Source of the DNA: an uncultured Candidatus Rokubacteria bacterium
Lineage (GTDB): Bacteria > Methylomirabilota > Methylomirabilia > Rokubacteriales > CSP1-6
Direction: 5' to 3'
Assembly: GCA_963754315.1 (NCBI GenBank)
Contig: CAVWFS010000007.1
Coordinates: 736,001-800,000, forward strand
Length of the DNA stretch: 64,000 nucleotides
Made by a program: the position numbers and the translations under genes
Notes under the pieces: model-generated
Database searches by the model: none
Told to the model about the DNA's origin: nothing
Seen by the model: only the letters and a program-made list of their open reading frames with translations
In this document: positions 42,801 to 53,550 of the stretch, one piece after another
How positions within the stretch are numbered: the stretch's first letter is position 1
How the letters are laid out: every line of letters starts with the position of its first letter

Positions 42801-44243
42801 GACCTCTTCGGCGAGAGCCCGGCCCTCGCTCGTGAGAGCGGCCGCTTGCTCGGAGCGAGCGCGCTGGCGCCGCAGCTCCTCCTGCTGGACTGTGAGCGCC
42901 GCGGTGGCGCTCCCGCGAAGCTCGACGACTTCTCGGGTCAGACCGGCCGTCGCGGCCATCTCGTCGAGCCCCTTGATGCTCTCCAGGCTCTCGGCAAAGG
43001 CGCCCCGGGCGAACGCGGCGGCTCCTTCATCGAGGCGGCGCCGGACCTCGGCGCGGCGGCGCACATCCTCCGCCTGCCGGCGCGCCTCGGCCAGAGCGGC
43101 CGCCGCCGGTTCGTGCTCGGGTAACTGGCCGGTCATCGCTTCGAGCGTGCTCACCGCCTCGTCGAACGCTCCGGCCTGGATCATCTCGAGAGCACGCTGG
43201 TATGCCGGCTTCAGCGCTTCGGCCTTCTCCAGGAGCGCCTGTAGTCGCTCGATCCGCCGGCCCAGGCTCTGGTTGAGCGTCTCCAGGGTCGCCACCCGCG
43301 CCTGCCCGTCGGTGGCGATCGGGCTGGTGGCGTCCGAGACGGCCCCGAGGTGGGTTGCGAGGGCAGCCTCCAACTCGCGGATGCGCCCGAGCTTCGCTTC
43401 GACCTCGGCGCGCAGGCGCTGCGCCTCCTCAACGAAACGGCGCTGCACACTGGCGAGTTCTCCACGCATCTCGCCGAGATCGGCAAAGCGCTGCGCGGGG
43501 TCCTTGCGAAGGGCGCGGTCGATGATGGCGCTCAGATCGGCCGGGATGGTCGGATCCACCGCGCTGGGGGTCGGAGGCTCCTCGGACCGTAGCTGCTCGA
43601 GGATCTGCATAGGGTCAGGGCCCGCGAAGGGCGGGCGCAAGGTGAGCAGCTCATAGAAGACGGCGCCCACCGAGAAGATATCCGAGCGGTGATCGGCCCG
43701 CCCCCTCACCTGCTCGGGCGAGATGTAACGCAGGGTCCCTACCACGAGACCGGTTCGGGTGAGGTTGGTCTCGGAAGCCACGTGCGCGAGGCCGAAGTCG
43801 AGGATCTTCACGAGACCGTTGCGCAGGATGAAGATGTTGCCGGGTTTGACGTCGCGATGAACGATCCCCTGCTGGTGGGCGTAGTGGAGACCTTCACAGA
43901 CCTGGACCATGATGGCCAGCTTGTCCTCGAGCACCAGGCTCTGGCGGGTCGCGATCAGCTGCCGCATTTCGCGGCCCTCCAGGAATTCCATCACAATGAA
44001 GAGCTGGCCCTCCTCCTCGCCCATGTCGTAGACGGTCACGATGTTGGGGTGGTTGAGGCGGGCACAGGCCTGGGCCTCGCGGAAGAAGCGCGCGCGGATT
44101 TCCTCGGTGACGTCGATGTCGTTGGCGATGACCTTGAGGGCGACCAGGCGCTCCAGCAGGGGGTCGCGGGCCTTGTAGACCATGCCCATACCCCCCCGGC
44201 CTATTCGCTCGAGGATCTGATACTTGCCAATCTTTCGAATCAT
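36834..44243 (-). CDS. Giant (~2470 aa) membrane Hanks-type Ser/Thr kinase with ~80-aa helical repeats, one TM segment, a PEGA domain and a Pro-rich tail; frameshifts near 40320 and 39100-39200
   Basis: IGRGGMGMVY, VALK, HRDVKPGN, DFGLA, GTLRYISPEQ and DIFSVG; TM LVVGAGAGVVVVLVALVLAL; PEGA GSVLVRSNVAGA.V..LPVGTY.V....GYKEW. Confidence 0.88.
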
Positions 44244-44274
44244 GCGCGGACCGATTCCTCGGCGCCGGACCTCG

Positions 44275-45030
44275 CTACGCCGTGTAGCTGGCCAGGATTA
44301 CGCTGATATTGTCGCGACCTCCTTCGGCGTTCGCGTTTGCCACCAGCTCGTCGCACGCGCGCTCGAGATGCTCGCCGTTGCGGGAGATGGTCTCGAGGAT
44401 CTGCGTGTCTGACAGCATGTTGGTGAGGCCGTCAGAGCACAGGAGCACGGTATCCCCCACGCTCAGGGGGCTATCCTTGATCTCGAACTCCACGTCGTCA
44501 CGGGCCCCCAGGGCCTTGGTCAGCACGTTCTTCATGTTTGCGGCGGGCGCGTCGTCGCGCGCCTGCGACTCCCACCCGAAATTGGCCCAGGAATCGTCCC
44601 GGGTGAGCTGGAGGATGACCCCCTTCCGGACAAGGTAGATCCGACTGTCCCCGACGTGCGTATAGGTCATGATCGGTCGACGGGCGGAGATCATCACCAC
44701 CACCACGGTGGTGCCCATCCCTGTGTACTCGTCGGCGGAGGCCGCCTTGCGAAACACCGTACGATTGGCCAACTTGACGGCCGTCCGCAGTCGATTGCCG
44801 TTGTATGAGATGTGGGGATCGAAGCCATACGGCCACGTCAGCTCCGGGTCCTCCCCCGAGCGCCGCACGAAGGCGGCGATGGTATCGACGGCCAGCTTGG
44901 CGGCCACCTCACCCGCCTTGTGGCCGCCCATGCCGTCGCAGAGGATGAAGAGCCCCTCCTCGGCCAGGATAGCGTCTTCGTTGAGGGGGCGCCTCCGCCC
45001 GATGTCCGTTCGCGCGCTGTACACAATCAT
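44275..45030 (-). CDS. PP2C/PPM family Ser/Thr phosphatase (Stp1/PrpC-like)
   Basis: TDIGRRR..NEDA, CDGMGGH, GMGTT, HVGDSR.Y, LCSDGL and GGRDNIS. Confidence 0.95.
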   Translation of the reverse strand: MIVYSARTDIGRRRPLNEDAILAEEGLFILCDGMGGHKAGEVAAKLAVDTIAAFVRRSGEDPELTWPYGFDPHISYNGNRLRTAVKLANRTVFRKAASADEYTGMGTTVVVVMISARRPIMTYTHVGDSRIYLVRKGVILQLTRDDSWANFGWESQARDDAPAANMKNVLTKALGARDDVEFEIKDSPLSVGDTVLLCSDGLTNMLSDTQILETISRNGEHLERACDELVANANAEGGRDNISVILASYTA

Positions 45031-45034
45031 GTGG

Positions 45035-46636
45035 TCATCCTCGCACCTCGTCACTCGCGCTTCTCACCGTCTCCGATGCTGGTCGAGTAGAGCTCCGCGC
45101 CCCCTTCACTCGGAAGGCGCGCAATTCACCCTCGTGCTTGGTGCCGATGGTCGTCGCCTCAGCCAGCACGCTCTTCCAGACCCGCTCGTGGGTCTCGGGG
45201 CTGATCAGGATGGCTCCCGCCGGGGCGGCATCGCAGTAGCGGGTGGCCCGGTTGACGGCGTCCCCGATCACGGTGAACTCCATACGCTCGTGAGAGCCCA
45301 CGAAGCCGTGAATCACTTCCCCGCAGTGCACGCCGATGCCGATCTCGCAGATGACCTGATGGGAGGCCGTCCGCCTCGTGTTGGCCTGCTGCATGGCCGC
45401 CTGCATGGCGATGGCGGCCTGCACCGCCTTCTCCCAGTGGTCCGGATCAGGTTCGGGGCTGCCGAAGACCGCGAGGATGGCATCCCCCACAAACTTGTCG
45501 ATGGTCCCGTCGAACTTGAAGATGACCTCGACCAGGAGGGAGAAGTAGTCGTTGAGGAGGTCGACCACGTCGCCGGCGTCCATGCTGGCGCTCATGCGGG
45601 TAAAGCCACGGATGTCCGAAGCCAGGATGGTCACCTCGGACTTCTCCCCGCCCAGACGCAGCCGCTGACGGCCAGCCCGCTCCAGCAGGCACGTGCGCAC
45701 TTTGGGTGAGAAATTGGCCAGCAGTCGCTGCAAGGTCGTCGCGTTGTGCTTCATCTCCTCGTGCATCTGGCGATGCATCACGGCCATCGCCGCATGATGG
45801 GCGACGGCCACCAGAAACTGAAGCGACGCGTCGGTGAACACGTCCGCCGGCGAGTCGTTGCCGACGCAGATCACGCCCAAGGTCTGGTCTCCCCACGCGA
45901 ACGGCGCGTACATGCCGGAGCGGATGGCGAATTCGGCCTGGCTGACCGTGGGATCGATGCCGACCCGCCAGATGAAGGCTTCATGGCTGTCCATGGCCCG
46001 TTGGGCCAGGGTCAGGCTGACGGCGGGCTGACCCATCGGCACGTGGGCCTTCAGCAGGAGCTTTCCGGACGGATCTTTGACGAGCAGCGCACCGCGGGTC
46101 GCGCCGGGAATGGCCGACACCACCCGCTCGACGATCGCCTCCAGCAGGGTCTCGAGACCGCTCTTCTCTCCGAGATGGAGGGGAAGGGCGTACAGCGCGG
46201 CCAGCCAGCGCGCCGATTCGGACGAGGTGGCGTCGTGCGTGAAGGCCGGCGCCTGGGCTTCCCGTGCGTGCTTGATCTCGACGGCGCCCGCGTGCCCTCC
46301 GGTCAGGGCGTCGAGGTCAACGATCTGCGTGCGGTCGGATGTGAGCTCCGGAAGCGTGACCGTGGTTTCACCGAACCGGAGCACGTCACCCGGACCCAGC
46401 TGGAGCTTCCCGCGGATCCGGTCGCCGTTGACAAAGGTCCCGTTACGGCTCCCGAGGTCCTCGACCCACCATCCCCCACCCTCCGTCCAGAGTCGCGCGT
46501 GCGGACGGGACACGGTCTGGTCGGGGGAGAGATCGAGACCAAGCGGGGCACCGTCCTTTGGACGGCCGATCACCAGCTCATTGGCGTCGCTGTCGACCGT
46601 CCATTGCTTGTCCCGAAACGAGCAGGCGATCTGCAT
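45035..46636 (-). CDS. FHA-GAF-class III adenylate/guanylate cyclase
   Basis: FHA IGR..VSRPHA..DLGSRNGT; GAF SGMYAP..LGVI; cyclase SDIRGFT, DKFVGDAILAVFG and EFTVIGDAVNRATR; Lys in DKF suggests ATP specificity. Confidence 0.92.
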   Translation of the reverse strand: MQIACSFRDKQWTVDSDANELVIGRPKDGAPLGLDLSPDQTVSRPHARLWTEGGGWWVEDLGSRNGTFVNGDRIRGKLQLGPGDVLRFGETTVTLPELTSDRTQIVDLDALTGGHAGAVEIKHAREAQAPAFTHDATSSESARWLAALYALPLHLGEKSGLETLLEAIVERVVSAIPGATRGALLVKDPSGKLLLKAHVPMGQPAVSLTLAQRAMDSHEAFIWRVGIDPTVSQAEFAIRSGMYAPFAWGDQTLGVICVGNDSPADVFTDASLQFLVAVAHHAAMAVMHRQMHEEMKHNATTLQRLLANFSPKVRTCLLERAGRQRLRLGGEKSEVTILASDIRGFTRMSASMDAGDVVDLLNDYFSLLVEVIFKFDGTIDKFVGDAILAVFGSPEPDPDHWEKAVQAAIAMQAAMQQANTRRTASHQVICEIGIGVHCGEVIHGFVGSHERMEFTVIGDAVNRATRYCDAAPAGAILISPETHERVWKSVLAEATTIGTKHEGELRAFRVKGARSSTRPASETVRSASDEVRG

Positions 46637-46776
46637 TGCGCGTTACGTCACCAGCTGCGTGACCGCTGATCCTCCGTTCGACCCGCCGCGTCAATCCAAG
46701 AGTACAGTGTGCTCCCGGTCGCCGCCCACTGTCCACCTAAGGATACGATGTCGGGACCGGGAATAGATCAGGCGGC

Positions 46777-48183
46777 TCAGGAGCGGCCGAGCCGGTCTAG
46801 GCCGTCGTAGGCGGCGTACTTGTACATCTCCCCGAGGGTCGGATAGTTGAAGACCGTGTCGATGAAGGTCTCGAGCGAACCGCCCGCCTGCAACACCATG
46901 AGCCCCACGTGGATCAGCTCGGACGCCGATTCACCGACCACGTGGACCCCGAGCAGCCTCTTGTCCCCGCGGGCAAAGACGAGCTTGAGCTGCCCCGTCA
47001 GGTCGCCCGTGATCTGGCCACGGGCGTTGTGCCGGTACCAGGCGTTGCCGACGACGTAGTCGATCCCGTTGCGCTGGCAACTCTCCTCCGTCTCGCCCAC
47101 CATGGCGACCTCGGGGATCGTGTAGATAGCCATCGGGAAGATCGGGGCGACGCGGGTCTTATATTTCAGATCGAAGGCGTGAACGATGGCCACCCGCGCC
47201 TGCTCCATCGACGTCGAGGCCAGGGCCGGAAATCCGAGGACGTCACCAGCCGCATAGATGTGAGGGACTTGTGTCTGGTAGTGCTCGTTGACTTTGATCG
47301 CCCCCCGCTCAGTGCAGGAAACCCCGATCGTGTCGAGCCCGAGCCCCTGGGTGTTGCCCACCCGCCCTGCCGCGAACAGGACGGCGTCCACGCTGACCAT
47401 CGTGCCTCCCGCCAAGGTGACGGCCAGGCTGCTCGGGCCCGGCTCGATAGTCTGGATACTCTCGCGAAGCCGCACGCGCACGCCGACGGCCCCCATCTGG
47501 ACAAGCAGCCGGTCCGCGATCTCGGCGTCCAGGAAGGAGAGCAAGCGCTCCCGGCCATCGATGAGGGTCACCGCGACTCCCAAGGCGGCGAACATCGTGC
47601 CGTACTCGCACCCGATGATCCCCGCCCCCACCACAGCCATGCTCGACGGGATGCGGTCAATAGCCAGGATCGAGTCGCTGTCGAAGAGGCGAGGGTCGTG
47701 GAAAGGCATGTTGCCAGGTCGGCTGGGTACGGATCCGGTGGCGATCAGGATGACGTCGCCGTGGAGAACTCGATCGGGATGGGACGGCGAGCGGACCCTT
47801 ACTCGGTGAGTATCGTCGAAGCTGGCCTGGCCTCGCACCAGATCGATGCGATGGCGGGCAAGGTTGGCTCGTACCAGCTCGCGCAACTCCTGCACAACGT
47901 GTGTCTCGCGGTACATGAAATCGCGAACGCTCAGTTCCTTCTTGACCGAGTAGTCGATGCCGTAGAGGCCACGCTGGCGCAGGCCCGAAAAGTAGAGGGC
48001 GGTCTCCCGAAGCGTCTTGGAAGGCACGGTACCGGTGTTGATGCCGGCGCCTCCGAGCTGTGGCGCCTGCTCGATCAGGGCGACGCGCTTGCCGAAGTAA
48101 GCCGCCTGCGCCGCCCCCTTCTCCCCAGCGGGTCCGCCCCCGATGACGACCAGATCGTAGTGCTCTGCCGACGCCTCGCTCAT
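46777..48183 (-). CDS. sthA: Soluble pyridine nucleotide transhydrogenase
   Basis: VIGGGPAGEKGAAQAA, NTGTVPSKTLRE, GAGIIGCEY, GFPALASTSMEQ, YTIPEV and VFNYPTLGE.YK. Confidence 0.9.
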   Translation of the reverse strand: MSEASAEHYDLVVIGGGPAGEKGAAQAAYFGKRVALIEQAPQLGGAGINTGTVPSKTLRETALYFSGLRQRGLYGIDYSVKKELSVRDFMYRETHVVQELRELVRANLARHRIDLVRGQASFDDTHRVRVRSPSHPDRVLHGDVILIATGSVPSRPGNMPFHDPRLFDSDSILAIDRIPSSMAVVGAGIIGCEYGTMFAALGVAVTLIDGRERLLSFLDAEIADRLLVQMGAVGVRVRLRESIQTIEPGPSSLAVTLAGGTMVSVDAVLFAAGRVGNTQGLGLDTIGVSCTERGAIKVNEHYQTQVPHIYAAGDVLGFPALASTSMEQARVAIVHAFDLKYKTRVAPIFPMAIYTIPEVAMVGETEESCQRNGIDYVVGNAWYRHNARGQITGDLTGQLKLVFARGDKRLLGVHVVGESASELIHVGLMVLQAGGSLETFIDTVFNYPTLGEMYKYAAYDGLDRLGRS

Positions 48184-49447
48184 TTCCCGAACTGCGCCTG
48201 GAACCCCTTGATGGCGGTGGCGAAGCTCTTGGCGTCATACTTCGATGGCTGTTCCGGCAACGCCTCGAAGACCTTGTCGAGGGCGTCGCTGGCCGCCTTG
48301 GGCAACCGCTGCCCTTTCGACCGATAGAACGCCAGGGACAGCCGGTCGAGAGCCATGGCCGTCTGCTCCGCGGACCGGAGCCCACGACCGCTGATGGGAT
48401 CGGCGGCGGCCCCGATGCTGTCCACGAGCTTCTGGGTCTCAGCCTGGGTGAATTCGCGCTTGGCGACCGCGCCGGCCTGCTGCGTCATCGTCTGGACGAT
48501 CTTGGCCGCTGTCGCGCCCATGGCCGCTCGGTCACCCTTCTTGACCTGCTCGGTGAGGGTGGCCACATCCTGCTCCAAACTACGCTGAGCCGCCGGCGCC
48601 ACCACGCCGAGAAGCGGGCCGACGACCGCCGCGTGACCGACGACCTTCTGGTTGGCGTCCTCCAGGAGCCGGGCCGGAGCATTTCCCTTGGCTCCGATCC
48701 CCCAGCTGCTTGGCGGCCTCCCGGAGGGCCACGATCTGCCCGAGCGCCCACGCCCGTGCGCCAGACAGGGGCGGCTCCGTTCGGTAGTGCGGCGGCTGGC
48801 TCATGTTCCGGGAGAAGGTGTCGAGCTCGAATGCCAGCAGGTCCGGATGCCCGGCCGCCACCATGTCGGCATCGATGGCCAGGTGACACGACACGCAGTT
48901 CTCGGCACGCAAGAGGAGATCCCGGGTGTCGTACATGCCGAGTTTCACCGACTGCTCATGCGTCCACCCTTTCTCGGCATGAGATTCGAGCCATTTCTCC
49001 GCCGGTCCGTGACACCCTTCGCAGTGCACACCGTCGGTGATGTCGAACTTGGGGCCCCGCTGAGCGGGCTTGGCGTTCACGGCATGGCACACGAGGCACC
49101 GGTCGCTCGTCTCCGCCTTGGCGATGCCAAGCTTCTTGGCCATGGCGGACGGGCTCACACCCGACTTGAGCCGCTCGTTGGTGAGCGTCTCGTAGGCCTT
49201 GGCGTGCTTGTCCTTCTGCTGCCAGATGATGTTCTCGTTCATCTTCGGAAAGTCGGCGCGGGGAGTCGCGTTCGCCGTGGCACTTGGACCCGCCGCACGA
49301 GGCACCCCCCGTGAACTTCAGGGCAGCCTGCGCGTGGGCATCCTGTACCGAGAGGCCGCCCCTGTCCCCTGGACGCGGCTCGCCCGACAGGACGAGCAGC
49401 AGGAGCGCACCCACGCCCACCAGAACCCATCCGAGACCTCGTCGCAT
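48180..49447 (-). CDS. Periplasmic tetraheme cytochrome c (c554-like) with a helical C-terminal domain; about three frameshifts
   Basis: Signal peptide; CGGSKCH (CX4CH), HAKAYETL, CLVCH, GVHCEGCHGPA, CVSCH and AAGHPDL..FELD; stop overlaps the sthA start (ATGA). Confidence 0.82.
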
Positions 49448-49478
49448 TCGGCTCACCTCGCGTCCCTCCCCAGCATCG

Positions 49479-52400
49479 TCATTCGCGTCCTCTTCGTGGG
49501 CGCGACGGCGCCGCGGGCGCGGCCGGCTCGTCCCGCTTTGGCGGCGCGATCTCGCGCGGCGATGACGGCGGTTCGTCGACCACGCTGTAGAGCCGCCCAT
49601 CGCGCAGATACAGCCGCTGCATCTCGGCCAGGTTGAACGGCCGTGACCCGACGCGATTGAAGACGGCGATCTGGTTGCCGCTCTCGTCCACCGCGCGATC
49701 GCGATCGATTCCCTTCGAGATCGCCAGCGCCGGTCCCCGCGTCTTGGCGGTGGCGATGAGCTGTGGCGTCGGCTTTGGGCTGAAGCCGAGATAGGTCGGC
49801 GTCTCCTTGGGAGACGTCAGCTGCAGCACGCGCAGCCCGTTGCGCCCGTCGGCGACGTAGGCGAACACGCTGGCATTGGTCATGCCGATCTTCACGTCCG
49901 TTGTGTCGTTCATGACCCCGTTGGCGTTGTACGTCTGCTCCAGCGCGGGCTGCTCAGGGCGCTCCACGTCGATGATGGCCAGCCCCTCGGCCCCGTTGGC
50001 CACGTAGGCGTAGGTGCGTGCCACGTACAGACCGCGGGCGTCGGCCAGGCGCAGGGTCGCGTTCGGTATCACCCGCGGCCGGGCGGGCGTCGGTCACATC
50101 GACGACTTTCAGTCCCTCGGCGTCGGTCACGAAGGCGTAGCGGAACTGGATGGCTACCGCTCGCGGCTTGACGAGAGCGGGCGCCTCGACGGTCGCCACC
50201 ACGCGGGGGCTGAGCGGCTCGTTGAGATCCACCACCACCATCCCACGATCGGCGAGGACGTAGGCGTAGGTACCGGCGATGGCAATATTCACGGCGCCGC
50301 GCAGGATGCCGTCGGGATTGAAGGCCAGGGCGCGCTCCAGAAAGTTATTGCTGGGATCGCCGTCGAGCAAGGTGGCCACACCGGGCCGGTTGGGGCTATC
50401 GGCGGGGTTGCCGACGACGACGAGCCCTTCCTCCCGGTCTGTCACATAGATGTATGCGTAGAGCGGGTGGATCTTCGGCTCCTCGTTCTCGGGGCGCTGC
50501 GTTCGCGTGGGATCGACGGCCAAGGTGGTGGGGGCCGCCACCGCGGTGGCGAACTTCGTCTTCACGTACAGACGCTGGCCGAGCGGCGAGACCGGCGCCG
50601 TCACGATCCGTTCCGAGAACCCTTTCTGATCGATCTGGGCCACGTCGTAGGCGCGGAAGCCGCCCCGCCCGTTCGCCGTGTACAGGTATTCGCCGCGCAG
50701 CTGAATGCCCAGGACCTCGTCGCGGCCGAACAGATCGAGCACATCCCGCCCGCGGTGATGGTATTTCTCACCCAAGAGACCGCCGTCCTTGGTGTGCTTG
50801 GTGTAATTGGTCGGGTAGGCGACCTGGTGCAGGTAGCTACCGATGACCGCCTGCGGCTCCTCGCGCTCCGTCACCACCACCGCTTCCAGCCCCGCCTTGC
50901 CTTCCGCCACGTACACGAAGCGGCCCAGGAAGTTGTAGAAGTTGGTGCCCTGCATGAGCAACTGCGCCATCCAGGCGTTGTTGTCGTTGCGGCCCGACAC
51001 GTGGCAGTCCGTACAGGTCTTCGTCTCCGTGGCCCGGACCGTATGCGGAACAAACGTGCTGAAGGAGTGGCCGCTGAAACCCTCCGCAGAGACGGTCTGC
51101 TGCTGGGAGTAGACCCACTCCCGGTTGGCGTTCTGGGAACCCACCAGCACCGCGCACGACGAGCGGGCGGGCGAGATTCGTCGGCCGGCGCTGGTGCCGT
51201 CGAGCGCGAGCATGAAAACATCGTCCCGCAGGGTCTGGAAGTTGTACTGGGTCCAGTTGCGCTGGACGTCCCCTCGAAGTGCAGCATCGGCCTTCGCTCG
51301 TTGGCCCGCATGGGCAGGTGGCAGCCGAAGCAGCTGGTCACCCACGAGGTGTGGCACGTCTGGCACGTCATGCGCGAGTCGGCGTGGGCTAGCTCGGCTC
51401 CCTCCCGGTCCTTGGGCACGGCATCACCCCAGGTCGTGCCGTCGCGCGCGCAGGGTCTTGGCCAGTCGCGATTTCTGGGCGCGCTCGGGATTCGCGACGG
51501 CCCAGTCGGAAGCGGGACTGATCGAGTCCAACACCTGCACCACTTCCCACGCCAGGCCTTCCTTCACCATGGAGCGCTGGGTCAGCCGATCGCCTTGCCA
51601 CTGGAAGCGGCGCTGGCCAAAGGGCGTGCGCAGCTGCGCGAGGTCCGTACCGCCCGGCGGCGCGGCCGGGCCTGACGTGCGTAAGGTCGCACGTTCTCGG
51701 ATGGTGCCGTGACAATCCGAACAGGTGATCTCGATCGCGGCCCGCGTCTCACCGTAGAGCTTGCCGTTACCGTGGGCGTCCTGCTTGAAGTGGCAGTCCG
51801 TGCAGTGCATGCCCTTTTCGAGATGGATGTCTTTGAGGTGGACCGCCTTCTCGAACCGCTGCGGATCGTCGCGGCGCTACCACTGCGCTCTTCGCGTCGA
51901 GGAGGTTACCCTTGCGGTCCTGCTTGTACACGGCCCGGAAGACCCAGCCGTGCCCGTGGAAGTCCGCAAACTGGGTGCGGGTGAGGCGCGGGTTGAGGTC
52001 GGTGATGTTGTTGAGAAACGCCGGGTCCGACCACTTGCCACGCACGGCCGACCCCTCCGGATTCGCCGATTCGATCGCGGCGACCTCCCGGGCGCTCAGG
52101 TTCTTCTCCTTCTCGGGATACATCAGATCCCCGTCGGTCTCGTTGTCCCACCACGTGTAGCCGTAGATAACTCTGGGTCACCGTCGTCCCTGGGTGCATG
52201 TGGCACACCACGCACTGGCTCGAGGGGATCGAGTTGGTGAACCGGTGCTTGATCGGGTGGCCCGACTGGCCCTTGCGGAATGGTGGGATCCGTGGTGGCC
52301 GTGTGGCCCAGGTTTCCGTGCTCGGCATAGGGACCGGAGTGGGCCGGCGACCGATCGTTCGCGTAGATCACGTGGCAGGCCGAACAGCCGCTGGATCGGA

Positions 52401-53518
52401 AGTCGCCTGGATGGTCATTGGTGCCGAGCAGGGACAGCAGCGGGTCGAACAGACGGGTCCGTTGCAGATTCAGCCATACGGGATCGGTCCGATTGAGGGT
52501 TCCGAAGCCGCGCGCGCTCAACCGGTTGGCTGGCCGACCAGGCAATTCGTCAACGAAGGGAATACCGAGCTCCAGCGGGCGCTGCCCGCCCCGCTCGAAG
52601 ATCCGGAGCACGTTACCCGGCTGGCCGATCTCGAAGCGCGGGAGAGGCTCGAGGAACTGGAGCACCCCTCGCTTGGTCGATCTCCTCCAGGGTGGGCGGG
52701 GGCGTCGTGTACAGACGCTGACCAAGCCCATCGGGCCCGTAGCTCTCACCGAACTGGGGACGCTTGAGAGGAAAGCTGCCGTTGTTGTAGAGAGCGGCCG
52801 ACCACAGCATCGGCCCCGTGGTCATCATGCTCTTCTCCACCTGCTTGACCTCGGCCGTGTGGCATCCCCCACAGACGAGGGCCGCCACCCGGAGATCACC
52901 CGGGTTGAAGAAGCGAATGAACTCCGCGCTCTCCTGGTTGAGAAGCGCATAGGAACGCACGGGGTTGGCGGAGCTTCGCCACAGGTCGCGCAGGCGCGGC
53001 TGGACGTGGGCGACATTCTTCACCGCCTGGTACGCCGACGAATCGGGAGTGACCGACGCCTGTCGCACGGCGTCGCCGCGGCCGCCATGACAGTCGACGC
53101 ACGCGAGCTTGACCGTCGGGTCCTGATGCATGTTGGCGGAGTCCGTTGCGGTATGGCAGCTCACACAGCCCACGTTCTTCTTGTCGACCTCCGCCTGACT
53201 CTGCCGGCTCAGGTCGGGACCCATGCGCGGATCGGGCGCGGCCGGAGCTGGCGCCTTCTCGGCTTCAGCAGGAGGCGGCGTCGTCGGGGTACTCTCTGGC
53301 GGGGCCTCGTCGCCGCCTCGCCGTATGCGTTGGGCCAGCTGCACCAGACCGTCGGCGGCCGAGGCCGGCGCCGGGGATGGCGCCGAGACCAGACTGCCTT
53401 CGCGCCAGACGATATGATCCGGCCAGGCGAGCATGGTCAGCCCCGCCGCCCCCACCAGCATGGCGGCCACCAATCCGATCAGCCGCCACCAGCGTCCCGA
53501 TTCTCTCTCAGTAGGCAA
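49479..53518 (-). CDS. Large decaheme cytochrome c fused to an LVIVD-repeat beta-propeller (~1340 aa); about seven frameshifts
   Basis: CVSCH, CVDCH, CGGCH, CSACH, CVVCH, CTDCH, CSDCH, CQTCH, CFGCH and CTDCH across frames; repeats [38 protein letters not shown] and [14 protein letters not shown]. Confidence 0.85.
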
Positions 53519-53550
53519 AGGTCACTGGCTCACGAGGTGATGTGATCGTC

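Noticed and set aside
11122..53518. Programmed frameshifting or phase variation as the cause of split genes
   Set aside because: Indels are numerous, hit unrelated genes, and mostly lack slippery heptamers or long repeat tracts; sequencing error is simpler.
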